NCBI GenBank assembly: GCA_965224085.1
Contig: CBDCYI010000005.1
Location: forward strand, 736,001-800,000
From: Candidatus Marinacidobacterales bacterium
GTDB lineage: Bacteria > Acidobacteriota > Vicinamibacteria > Marinacidobacterales > SMYC01
DNA: 64,000 nt
Direction of reading: 5' to 3'
Shown: in pieces, positions 52,924 through 64,000 of the stretch
How positions within the stretch are numbered: position 1 is the first letter of the stretch
Layout of the letters: each line of letters starts with the position of its first letter
The notes under the pieces: generated by a model
Told to the model about the DNA's origin: nothing
The model's input: the letters and a program-made list of their open reading frames with translations, nothing else
The model's database searches: none
Position numbers and translations under genes: made by a program

Positions 52924-54384
52924 CTAGTCGAGCTGATAGTTCGGAGCTTCTTTGGTGATAATGACATCGTGCACGTGGCTTTCACGATGACCCGCCGCGG
53001 TAATGCGCACGAAGCGCGCTTTTTTCTGCAAGTCCTCGATGCTACCCGCGCCGCAATAACCCATCCCGGAGCGGAGTCCCCCCACGAGTTGGTCGACGAC
53101 ACCATGCAGGGCACCTTTGTACGGCACCCGTCCCTCGATGCCTTCGGGTACGAGCTTCGAAGCTTCCACTTCCTGCTGGAAGTAGCGATCCTTGGTCGCG
53201 TCGCTCATGGCACCGAGCGATCCCATGCCCCGATAGGTCTTGAAGGTCCGGCCCTGGTAGAGAATCGTCTCGCCCGGGCTCTCGGCGGTGCCGGCAAAGA
53301 GGCTTCCGATCATGACGCTCTGCGCTCCTGCCGCAATCGCCTTGACGACGTCGCCGCTAAACTTAATCCCGCCATCGGCAATGAGAGGCGTGCCATGCTT
53401 CGCCGCGACCTCGGCGCAATCGAATATGGCCGTGATTTGCGGCATGCCCGCTCCTGAGACGATCCGCGTCGTGCAAATCGAGCCGGGTCCCATGCCGATT
53501 TTGACCGCGTCGACGCCGGCTCGGATCAAGTCTTCGGCCGCTTCGCCGGTCCCTACATTGCCGGCGATGATGCCGACGTCTCTGACCATGCCGCGAAGCC
53601 TCTCTACCGTTTCGAGAACCCCGCGGCTGTGGCCATGCGCCGTGTCCACGACGATGACGTCCACTTTGGAATCGATGAGGCGCTTCGCGCGCTCGATAGA
53701 ATCGTCACCCGTTCCTATGGCCGCGCCCACGAGCAGCCGTCCCAAGTCATCCTTGGCGGAGTTCGGGTACTTCATCGCCTTCTGGATGTCTTTGACGGTG
53801 ATGAGCCCTTTCAGCTGGTAGTCGTCATCCACGACGAGAAGCTTTTCTACCCTATGTTGGTGAAGCAGTGCCCGCGCCTCATCGAGGGTCGTACCGACAG
53901 GAACAGTGATGAGGTTTTCCTTCGTCATGACCTCCGAAATCGGAAGGTCGTGCCGCGACTCGAAGCGGAGGTCGCGGTTCGTGAGAATCCCGAGAAGCCG
54001 TCCCTCCTCAGTGATGGGAACGCCCGAGATGCGATATTTCGACATCACCGCCAAGGCGTCTTTGATGGGTCGGTCCGCCGTCATTGTGATCGGGTCCACG
54101 ATCATTCCGCTCTCGGAGCGTTTGACCTTGTCGACCTCGTCCGCTTGGACCTCCGCGGTGAGGTTACGGTGGATGACGCCGAGCCCGCCGAGCTGTGCTA
54201 CGGCGATGGCGAGCCCTGATTCGGTCACCGTGTCCATGCTCGCGCTCAAGATCGGGATCTTGAGGCGGATTTTCGCGGTGAGCTGGCTGGAGACGTCGAC
54301 CTGGGATGGAAGAACTTCGGACTTTTGCGGAATGAGAAGAACGTCTTCGAAAGTCAGGGCTTCTGGGAAATTCGGCGCGCTCAC
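52924..54384 (-). CDS. guaB: IMP dehydrogenase
   Basis: [19 protein letters not shown] pair, [36 protein letters not shown]. Confidence 0.98.
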   Translation of the reverse strand: MSAPNFPEALTFEDVLLIPQKSEVLPSQVDVSSQLTAKIRLKIPILSASMDTVTESGLAIAVAQLGGLGVIHRNLTAEVQADEVDKVKRSESGMIVDPITMTADRPIKDALAVMSKYRISGVPITEEGRLLGILTNRDLRFESRHDLPISEVMTKENLITVPVGTTLDEARALLHQHRVEKLLVVDDDYQLKGLITVKDIQKAMKYPNSAKDDLGRLLVGAAIGTGDDSIERAKRLIDSKVDVIVVDTAHGHSRGVLETVERLRGMVRDVGIIAGNVGTGEAAEDLIRAGVDAVKIGMGPGSICTTRIVSGAGMPQITAIFDCAEVAAKHGTPLIADGGIKFSGDVVKAIAAGAQSVMIGSLFAGTAESPGETILYQGRTFKTYRGMGSLGAMSDATKDRYFQQEVEASKLVPEGIEGRVPYKGALHGVVDQLVGGLRSGMGYCGAGSIEDLQKKARFVRITAAGHRESHVHDVIITKEAPNYQLD

Positions 54385-54420
54385 AATTTCCTTTTCATGT
54401 AATAGCAGTGGTTCGAAAAA

Positions 54421-57192
<2,772 letters not shown>

Positions 57193-57349
57193 AATTGAGT
57201 TTACGACCTAGTAAAATATCCCAGTCTAGCAGAGGGGTTTACGGCGGGCAAACCTTGCTGAGATCCAATCAAGGTTCGACACCTACTTCTTTCAAGAGCT
57301 CGCTCACGGGCAAACTCCCCCGTGAAAAAACACGTGACCGCGGCCGTAA

Positions 57350-58288
57350 CTAGGGCCCCGTGGCGGTGGCGATAGGTCGGTTTCTCGGGTCGAAGGAGCG
57401 GTAGTATTCAAGGATGTAGTCGAGTGGATGAACCGTCGTGTCATCGACCCAAACTTCGTAGTGGAGATGCGGGGCGCGACTGCGGCCGGTGTTCCCCACA
57501 TAGCCCACGACGTCGCCGCGTTTGACGCGGGCGCCGGCGCGGACGTTGAACTTGGACAAGTGCGCGTAGCGGGTCATCATCCCGAATTTGTGATCGATGA
57601 CCACGATGTTCCCATAGGTGCCCCGGCGCGCCGCATAGAGGATGATGCCATCCGCTGTGGCAACGACTGGCCGTCCCGTGGACGTCGAGATATCGATGCC
57701 GTAATGCATGGCGCGCTCGCGCGTGAACGGGTCATTGCGTTGGCCGTAGGTGGACGAAAAGTAGCCCCGAACGGGCCAAATCGACGGTGTCGAGGCGAGC
57801 ATCAGCGTGTTCTGCTGGTAGAAGCGCTCGAGGACACGACCGCGCTCCTCGAGGTGGGAGAGGTCGCCGCGCATGCGATCGAGCTCGTCCTTCACCTGCG
57901 CATAGGCGCTGGTTTTAGTCGAGAGATCTAAGTCCAAAGAGCCGCCGACGCCCGCATCCGTGAGCTGGGGCGTCTCATCGAGCCCGGCCATGACCGATAG
58001 CTTCATGACGAAGTCTTGCAGCGAGGCCACCTGCTCGTTCAGGTGCTCTACGGAGACTTCGTAATCGATGTTCTGCCGTTTGAGCTCGGTATTCGCCAAT
58101 CTGAGCTCACGAAGATCCGTAAGGCCTTGGTAGAAAGCAACATAGTGCGCCACCAGCACGCCGGTCGCGATCAGAGCCAAGCCAGCGAGAGCGGCAAACG
58201 CCTTCACTATCCCAGAAGAAAAGCGCCATTTGCGAAACTGCTCCCCCGTGTGCGGCACGAGCATCACCGTATATAACTGTTTCATCAT
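57350..58288 (-). CDS. M23 family peptidase (TM, coiled coil, LytM domain)
   Basis: PSIWPV, HYGID (HxxxD), YAHLS, GNTGRS.APHLHYE (HxH); upstream of secA. Confidence 0.93.
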   Translation of the reverse strand: MMKQLYTVMLVPHTGEQFRKWRFSSGIVKAFAALAGLALIATGVLVAHYVAFYQGLTDLRELRLANTELKRQNIDYEVSVEHLNEQVASLQDFVMKLSVMAGLDETPQLTDAGVGGSLDLDLSTKTSAYAQVKDELDRMRGDLSHLEERGRVLERFYQQNTLMLASTPSIWPVRGYFSSTYGQRNDPFTRERAMHYGIDISTSTGRPVVATADGIILYAARRGTYGNIVVIDHKFGMMTRYAHLSKFNVRAGARVKRGDVVGYVGNTGRSRAPHLHYEVWVDDTTVHPLDYILEYYRSFDPRNRPIATATGP

Positions 58289-58389
58289 AACGGACTCGGT
58301 TGGATAAGACCGTGCAAGGTATTTTCTTATGAAAGTGACTTCCATCTCGAGATAGCGATGAAAGATCACCTTAGCCAGAAAGCGGCAAG

Positions 58390-58418
58390 AAACTACTACG
58401 GGATGATACTGGTGTCAA
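58390..58418 (-). promoter_or_regulatory. sigma70-type promoter of the M23 gene
   Basis: Minus strand TTGACA, 17 nt, TAGTTT. Confidence 0.55.
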
Positions 58419-58470
58419 GTATAACAGGGGTGTAGGGGTTTTTAAACCGTTGGGGCGCAGCGGGTTGGAC

Positions 58471-59832
58471 TCAGCGAATGTAGCCGAGAGCCCGAAGTTC
58501 GCGTAGAACTTCTTCATCCACAGGACTTTCGCGAGTCCCCCCCTCTCGCGAGCCGGTATCGTGGGAAGCGATGAAAGTTACAGGGCGAAAAGCCAACAGT
58601 TTCCGGTCGAGAGCTTCCGTAAGCACGCGGCCGTCCATATCACGCCCCTGGGGAAGCCCCATCAGATACAGCGCCGTCGGCGCCACGTCGAAAAGCGACG
58701 GCATCTCGAGACGCACGCCGGCTCGTACGGGCCCTCCCCAGAGAAATATCACGCCGGGAGTCTCCCGGACCCCCCCGCGGCCGTCGTCGTAGTGGTTGAA
58801 GCCGTAGTTGCGAAATTGAAAGCCGTGATCGGACAGCACGATGAGCACCGTGTCCGATTCCATGCGCTCCATCAACCGACCCAAACGCGCATCCTCGTGT
58901 ACGTAGACGGGCTCGAGCACCCGCGCATAGGCTTCATCCATCGTGCTCGAGATAGCCTGGGTCACGGGCTTGCCTTCTCCGCGAAGCTCGTCCCACACGC
59001 GCTGCGCGACGCGCCGCTCGATGAATCGCCACATGAAATGCGTGTAGACGTCAGCCGTCCGGAAGAGTGCGGCGACGAGATCCGCTTGCCCGCGTGTCTC
59101 TAGCAGGTGAGTCAAGCTCCGCTCCGTGATCATGTCGTCGTTGAAGACACCGGCGGCCGTCTGGAAACGCGCTCGAAAATTGGTCGAGGGCATGAAGGCG
59201 CTATCCGCGAGCTCCCGAGAGAAGACCGGCATCCCCGCCGCCGCGAGCTCCGCATGGGCTGCCTCCCGCCCGGGAAGCCCCAGTGCTTCAAGCTCGACCG
59301 CGAGCTCCTCCGGGTAAGTCACTTCCGCGATGTCTTCGTGGAGCGAGCGCGGAAAATGATTGGAGACGATCTCGCCTATCACTTCTTCCGCAGGCCACGT
59401 CGCCCACCAATTGAGGATCTGCACTGATTGGTTCGCGGTTGTCGCGATGTTCCAAAACGCTTCGGTGCCACGCGACTGGCCAGAGGCCAGCACTTTGCGC
59501 TGTCCGTCTTCGGAGAGCAGCTGCCAATCCACAATGCCGTGCTTTTCCATCCGTTTACCGGTCGCGACCGAAGTCCAGAGTACGACCGACTTCGTCGGCT
59601 TGAACGTCTGGCACGCAGAGAAAGCACCTTCGTCGATGAGCTTCTGAAAGTTCGGGAGCTTGCCTTGCGAGAGAAAATAGTCGAGGAACTCGGGGTCCAT
59701 CCCGTCGAAACCAAAGATCGCGACCTTGTAAGAGGACGCGTCCGCGGAATCGGTAGCATCAGGCGTCCTTCCACCCAGGAGAACGACGAGTGTCACAACG
59801 ATCGCGGTTCCCAAAATCCACAAGCGCATCAC
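58471..59832 (-). CDS. alkaline phosphatase superfamily (nucleotide pyrophosphatase/phosphodiesterase-like) protein
   Basis: FGFDG, G.LPNF, S...WTSVATG, NWWATWPA, SDHGF, DVAPT.L, C-terminal LRALGY. Confidence 0.88.
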   Translation of the reverse strand: MMRLWILGTAIVVTLVVLLGGRTPDATDSADASSYKVAIFGFDGMDPEFLDYFLSQGKLPNFQKLIDEGAFSACQTFKPTKSVVLWTSVATGKRMEKHGIVDWQLLSEDGQRKVLASGQSRGTEAFWNIATTANQSVQILNWWATWPAEEVIGEIVSNHFPRSLHEDIAEVTYPEELAVELEALGLPGREAAHAELAAAGMPVFSRELADSAFMPSTNFRARFQTAAGVFNDDMITERSLTHLLETRGQADLVAALFRTADVYTHFMWRFIERRVAQRVWDELRGEGKPVTQAISSTMDEAYARVLEPVYVHEDARLGRLMERMESDTVLIVLSDHGFQFRNYGFNHYDDGRGGVRETPGVIFLWGGPVRAGVRLEMPSLFDVAPTALYLMGLPQGRDMDGRVLTEALDRKLLAFRPVTFIASHDTGSREGGTRESPVDEEVLRELRALGYIR

Positions 59833-59839
59833 GGTCTTT

Positions 59840-60214
59840 TCACTCTAGCTCACGAAGGTCCATCGTCGGAACATCTTCGAGATCCCACGTCACGCTCTTC
59901 CCAGCCCGTGCTTGCTCCGACTTCTCGAGACAACGCAACGCTGTCGTGACGAGCGCCGCGACGTCGAGACTTCGGCTCTCAGGCGCGAAAGGCTCGAGCC
60001 GCGCGATGCCGCGCGACAAAAGATGGACGGCGCCGGGATGGTTCCCGGCCGCAACATGGTAGAACCCGACCGAGATCTCGATGAGCGCTTTGAGAAATGA
60101 ACGGTCATCCCCCCGGGCGTCGTTCCAAGCTTCTTCGAGCAAGTCGTGGCATTCGAAATACAGCTTGTCGTTGAACAAGCCCGCCGCCTCGCGCATTACT
60201 CGCTGGTCAACCAC
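59840..60214 (-). CDS. DUF309 domain protein
   Basis: LFN...YFECHDLLEEAW, LKALI...V..YH...GN..GA. Confidence 0.88.
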   Translation of the reverse strand: MVDQRVMREAAGLFNDKLYFECHDLLEEAWNDARGDDRSFLKALIEISVGFYHVAAGNHPGAVHLLSRGIARLEPFAPESRSLDVAALVTTALRCLEKSEQARAGKSVTWDLEDVPTMDLRELE

Positions 60215-60637
60215 CCTGGGCCGCTGTCTCCGCTCCCACGATACATCACGGCTTCAGGTTGATGTTTTGTAGCATGAGCTGCGGTTCTAGGAAACAAGCT
60301 GCGGCTGTGGGAGGCTGAGTTGCGATTCTAACGCATGGGCGACCTGTCAGTCATCATTATTGATCCGGACGGGCTGCACAGGCCATGCTCGAAAGCGACG
60401 GACGACGAGAGCGTGGTCGACACGCGAGAGGACGTCTTTCGGTGACGAGTTTTACGGGAATGACACCTTTCCCTGCCCTTGCCGTTGATGCTGTTCGGGT
60501 CGTGTCTGGCTTGTTCTTCCGCAGTGATCGGCAGACTCTTTTTGAAGCGAATCAGGTATCAAAACTCACAATTTTGAGAGTTCTCGCAATCTCCTTGAGA
60601 AAAACAGTTCCTGAGTTTGCCAGGAGGAAGACGAGCA

Positions 60638-61237
60638 TCAGGTCTGCTCGAAAATGAGGATGGGGCAGACATAAAAACACGTTTGAGTATGAGATAGAGT
60701 TCTAACCAAACACTGAAAAAAGTTATGGGAAACCGGGCAGCTGCTCTGAAGAAAACGATATCTTGCGAGAAAAAGAAATTGGTTGCTCAAATAGGACCAA
60801 GAAATGAACCACCCCAGCAGAATAAGTTCTGAGTCACCGAAAAGACTGCCAAACCCGGAGTGTCTCACTGCATAAATCGACATTCCAACGAGGGCTAAAG
60901 AACGGCCAATGGAATCGCAAAACTGGTCAAGGTAGCCACCCGGTCCATCGAATGTTCCCCTGAGTTTGGCAAGCTTGCCGTCAATCCCGTCAAGAAGAAT
61001 CCCAAATTCAAATAAAAGGACCCCGATTACCCCGATACCCAGTGGAGAGAGGGGCTCAAAAACAAAAATAAGAGCTCCGCTCAGGAAAGAAATAAGACCC
61101 AATAGCGTTACGAATTTTGAAGTAAGCCAGGTCTTGAAAAACAGAGGAGCCAAGAAAGTGGATAGGGGATCGTTCAGATAGATATCAACCAAGTTAGTTA
61201 TGACTGAATCTTCATATTTTTGCTTGCTGATTTGCAT
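60638..61237 (-). CDS. CDP-alcohol phosphatidyltransferase family protein, low GC, 3' end possibly degenerate
   Basis: LDGIDGKLAK...G.GGYLD..CD signature (DxxDGxxAR..G..LDxxxD); AT-rich relative to the flanks. Confidence 0.75.
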   Translation of the reverse strand: MQISKQKYEDSVITNLVDIYLNDPLSTFLAPLFFKTWLTSKFVTLLGLISFLSGALIFVFEPLSPLGIGVIGVLLFEFGILLDGIDGKLAKLRGTFDGPGGYLDQFCDSIGRSLALVGMSIYAVRHSGFGSLFGDSELILLGWFISWSYLSNQFLFLARYRFLQSSCPVSHNFFQCLVRTLSHTQTCFYVCPILIFEQT

Positions 61238-61629
61238 TTCGTCAGTGCTTCAAACCGATCGGACCCGTACAGAGGGGTTTTTCGCCGCTGTTGAAAATAG
61301 GTCAACAGCCCCCGAATGAAAGAGCTGATTTACCTCACGGTGGTTTCTCCGCAATCAAAACGATCTCCTCGCCGACGCGTCTCGAGAGCGGGCGTAGAAG
61401 TTGCTCGACGAGTCCGAAGGCCAAGCCCTGGAGCTTCAGTGCCGGCGTAAGGTACGTTGCGAATAGCATTTGGAAATCGTCCACGTGCCCAGCGATATGG
61501 CCGCGGCCGGTCAAGTCGTTCAGCCGGAGCAGTTCGGGACGGCTGTCACGCCCCGCTAGCCGCGAAAACCTCGCTCGTAGAAGTGCCTCAAGGGAGTTGA
61601 ACCCGCGCCAGGCAGAGACTTCGCCTGGC

Positions 61630-61649
61630 GTAATAACATCGGTTATACT
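61630..61649 (+). promoter_or_regulatory. TA operator palindrome overlapping a -10 box
   Basis: ATAAC-atcg-GTTAT (61633-61646) overlapping TATACT (61644-61649), 16 nt upstream of the antitoxin ATG. Confidence 0.6.
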
Positions 61650-61665
61650 CAGGTGTGGAGGTTCT

Positions 61666-61890
61666 ATGGCTTCCGTGAAAGTTGTCGCAGTGGGAAATTC
61701 GACCGGGATTATCTTGCCGAAGGAAATCGTGCAACGCCTGCGCGTCGAGAAGGGCGATATGCTGTATTTGGTGGAGACGCCCGACGGGATCGAGCTGACG
61801 CCCTACGATCGCGAGTTCGCCGAGCAGATGGAGGCGGCGGAGAACATCATGCGCGAGGATCGTGACGTGCTGAAGAAGCTCGCCGAGTAG
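61666..61890 (+). CDS. AbrB/MazE-family antitoxin
   Basis: KV..VGNS.GIILPKE....L....GD.L.L; GGAGG upstream; precedes a Doc toxin. Confidence 0.92.
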   Translation: MASVKVVAVGNSTGIILPKEIVQRLRVEKGDMLYLVETPDGIELTPYDREFAEQMEAAENIMREDRDVLKKLAE

Positions 61891-61893
61891 CAC

Positions 61894-62283
61894 TTGCCCG
61901 ACGAGCCGGTCTGGATTCGAGACGATGTCGTCCGCGCCATCCACAGGCGGCAGCTCGCCGAGCACGGCGGGAGCGAGGGTGTTCGCGACGCCGGTTTACT
62001 CGACTCCGCGCTGGCACGACCGAAGAACCTGTTCGCCTATGCGGACGCCGCACCCGAGCTGGCGGCGCTCGCCGCGGCCTATGCGATCGGGATCATCAAA
62101 AACCATCCTTTCGTCGATGGCAACAAGCGGACCGCGTTCGTCGTGTCGCGCACGTTCCTCGTCTTGAACGGAGTGGACATCGATGCGACGAAGGAAGAGA
62201 AATACCGGACTTTCATGAAGGCGGCTGCGGGGATGCTCACCCAGGACGAACTCGCGGACTGGTTTCGCGTGCACTCGGTCTGA
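61894..62283 (+). CDS. doc: Doc (Fic-family) toxin
   Basis: H...L..HGG..GVRD.GLL.SAL.RP.N and HPFVDGNKRT. Confidence 0.93.
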   Translation: MPDEPVWIRDDVVRAIHRRQLAEHGGSEGVRDAGLLDSALARPKNLFAYADAAPELAALAAAYAIGIIKNHPFVDGNKRTAFVVSRTFLVLNGVDIDATKEEKYRTFMKAAAGMLTQDELADWFRVHSV

Positions 62284-62451
62284 GTACGTTCCGAGACCGT
62301 CTACCTAGGTATCGGCTCCACCCTATAGACAGGGACCCGGTGGCGGATGCGGGTGTAGTGCTCGGACCGCCCCCCGGCGGCCGGGAATTAATTAATTACG
62401 TAGTAAAAGACGTAACCGTAGCCGTACGTGCCGGCGTAGACGTTTGGTCCA

Positions 62452-63879
62452 TCATCCATTGCCGTTTTCTCCGCTCGCACGATAGACCACAGCTTCCTGA
62501 AGATGCGGCGGCTCGATCGTCTCGGTTTCGGCGAGATCGGCGATCGTTCGTGAGACTTTCAGAATCCGGTGGAAAGCGCGCGCTGACAGACCGAGACGAT
62601 CGACGGCTCGTTTCAGAATAGCCACGCCGCTCGGCTCGAGCGCGCAGTAGCGTGCGATCTGGCGGGGCGTCATGGCGGCATTCAGCTTCGCCCGACCTCG
62701 GCGAAAGCGCCGCTCCTGCGCGCGGCGCGCCCTCACGACCCGGCGCCTCACGTCGTGAGAGCTTTCCCCCGTCCCCCGTCGCAAAAGGTCGTCCGATGAG
62801 AGCGTGCGTACGGGAACGCGAAGGTCGACGCGATCGAGCAGCGGCCCCGAAATGCGAGCTTGGTATCGACGCACCATGCCCGGCGTGCACTGGCATGGCC
62901 GCGCCTCCGCGTCCCGATAGCCGCAGGGACAAGGATTCATCGCGGCGACGAGCGTGAACCGGGCCGGCAGCGAAGCGACCCGTTCGACGCGTCGGATACG
63001 AACGCGTCCGTCCTCGAGCGGCTGGCGCAACGACTCGAGGGCAGAGCGTGAGAATTCAGGGAGCTCGTCGAGAAACAAGACGCCGCGATGCGCCAAGCTC
63101 GCTTCGCCCGGCGTGAGCCTGCTCCCGCCTCCCACCATCGCCGCGGTAGAGAGCGTGTGGTGAGGTGAGCGGAGGGCGGCGCTTCGACGAGCGCGCCGTC
63201 GTCGAGAAGGCCGGCGACCGAGTGGATCTTCGTGACTTCGAGCGCTTCCGCGGGCAAGAGCGGCGGAAGAATCGACGGCATTCGCATCGCTAGAAGACTC
63301 TTGCCCGCTCCCGGCGGGCCGGACAACAAGAGGTTGTGGCCGCCCGCCGCAGCGACCTCGAGGGCGCGCTTCGCATGACGCTGCCCTTTGACGTCGGACA
63401 GATCGAGTGCTACGGACGGGCGCTGACGGCTGCGCGTCGCTGTTCTCGGATGAAGCTTTTCGGCTGACAGAAACTCCACGGCCTCTCGCAAGCTCGAAGC
63501 GGAGTACACCTCCGCAGCCTTTACGAGGCAAGCTTCGGCCAAGTTGTCTTCGGGCACGACGATGCGGGACACGCCTTCCTGCACCGCCTGCGAGACGATC
63601 GGCAGAACCCCGCGAACGCGTCGCAAGTCGCCGTTTAAGGCGAGCTCACCGAGAAAAGCGTGTCGCCGAGCCGCCCCGGCGGACCGTAATAGCAGCCTCG
63701 CACTTCCAGAACCCGCTATTCGCGAGTGCCGAGCGCACGCGTACTTGCGCCTCGCGCACGGCCGCATCGGGGAGCCCAACCATACGAAACGCGGTAAGCC
63801 CCGAGCCGAGATCGACCTCGACCCGGATCACGAGCCCGTCGACACCGGTGACGGCGCCGGAATACGTCTTAGCCAACAT
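62452..63879 (-). pseudogene. comM: YifB/ComM Mg-chelatase-like ATPase, disrupted
   Basis: VEVD...VGLPD..V.E...RVR.A..NSG, then GELAL.G..., DVKGQ..AKRALEVAAAGGHN, GPPGAGKS, then R.PHH, AHRGVLFLDELPEF, AAMNPCPCG, ISGPLLDR; spread over three frames, with the NLAPAD..K.G..FDL segment missing. Confidence 0.9.
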
Positions 63880-64000
63880 GATGACTATGGACGAGTTCCG
63901 GTCGGTGAATCCTCTGTCTCGCTTCCGCATTTTGTGAAACTCACGCGTTTAGGTTAAGTTCGGGACGGAGACCGAGACACGCACAAGCACAGCAGCGACC

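Noticed and set aside
57304-57331. Hairpin CACGGG...CCCGTG plus A-tract as a terminator or riboswitch before secA
   Set aside because: The U-tract precedes the stem on the transcribed (minus) strand, and no aptamer consensus was seen
61291-61665. Long N-terminal extension of the antitoxin ORF
   Set aside because: SD, -10 box and family length all support the ATG at 61666

Overview
GC-rich bacterial chromosome segment. The ADOP-type permease remnant, PQQ dehydrogenase and sulfatase-like proteins suggest Acidobacteriota (inference). Intact housekeeping genes dominate: lpxC, a type IIA topoisomerase pair in A-then-B order, two GT2 genes, ychF, the dcw cluster mraZ-rsmH-ftsL-ftsI-murEF-mraY-murD-ftsW-murGCB-ftsQAZ (no ddl), nnr, tsaE, ppk2, guaB, secA and an M23 peptidase. 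Accessory metabolic and envelope genes are interspersed, with one IS5-family element, an AbrB/Doc toxin-antitoxin pair and a small low-GC islet. The best hidden feature, absent from the ORF track, is a 72-codon glutaredoxin-like gene at 36405-36623. It has two in-frame UGA codons (GUPYT and a terminal GGT-U-A-V-stop), each followed 17-18 nt later by a SECIS-like hairpin, so it is a probable double-selenocysteine protein. Other signals: five dispensable genes collapsed by internal deletion (SDR, two DapA-like, ADOP permease, comM/yifB) beside error-free core genes; a sigma54-type promoter on lpxC; a CTG start for ftsA; several apparently leaderless genes; a dispersed 38-bp intergenic repeat; and a radical SAM/SPASM enzyme with an extra N-terminal domain. 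No rRNA, tRNA or CRISPR array was recognised.
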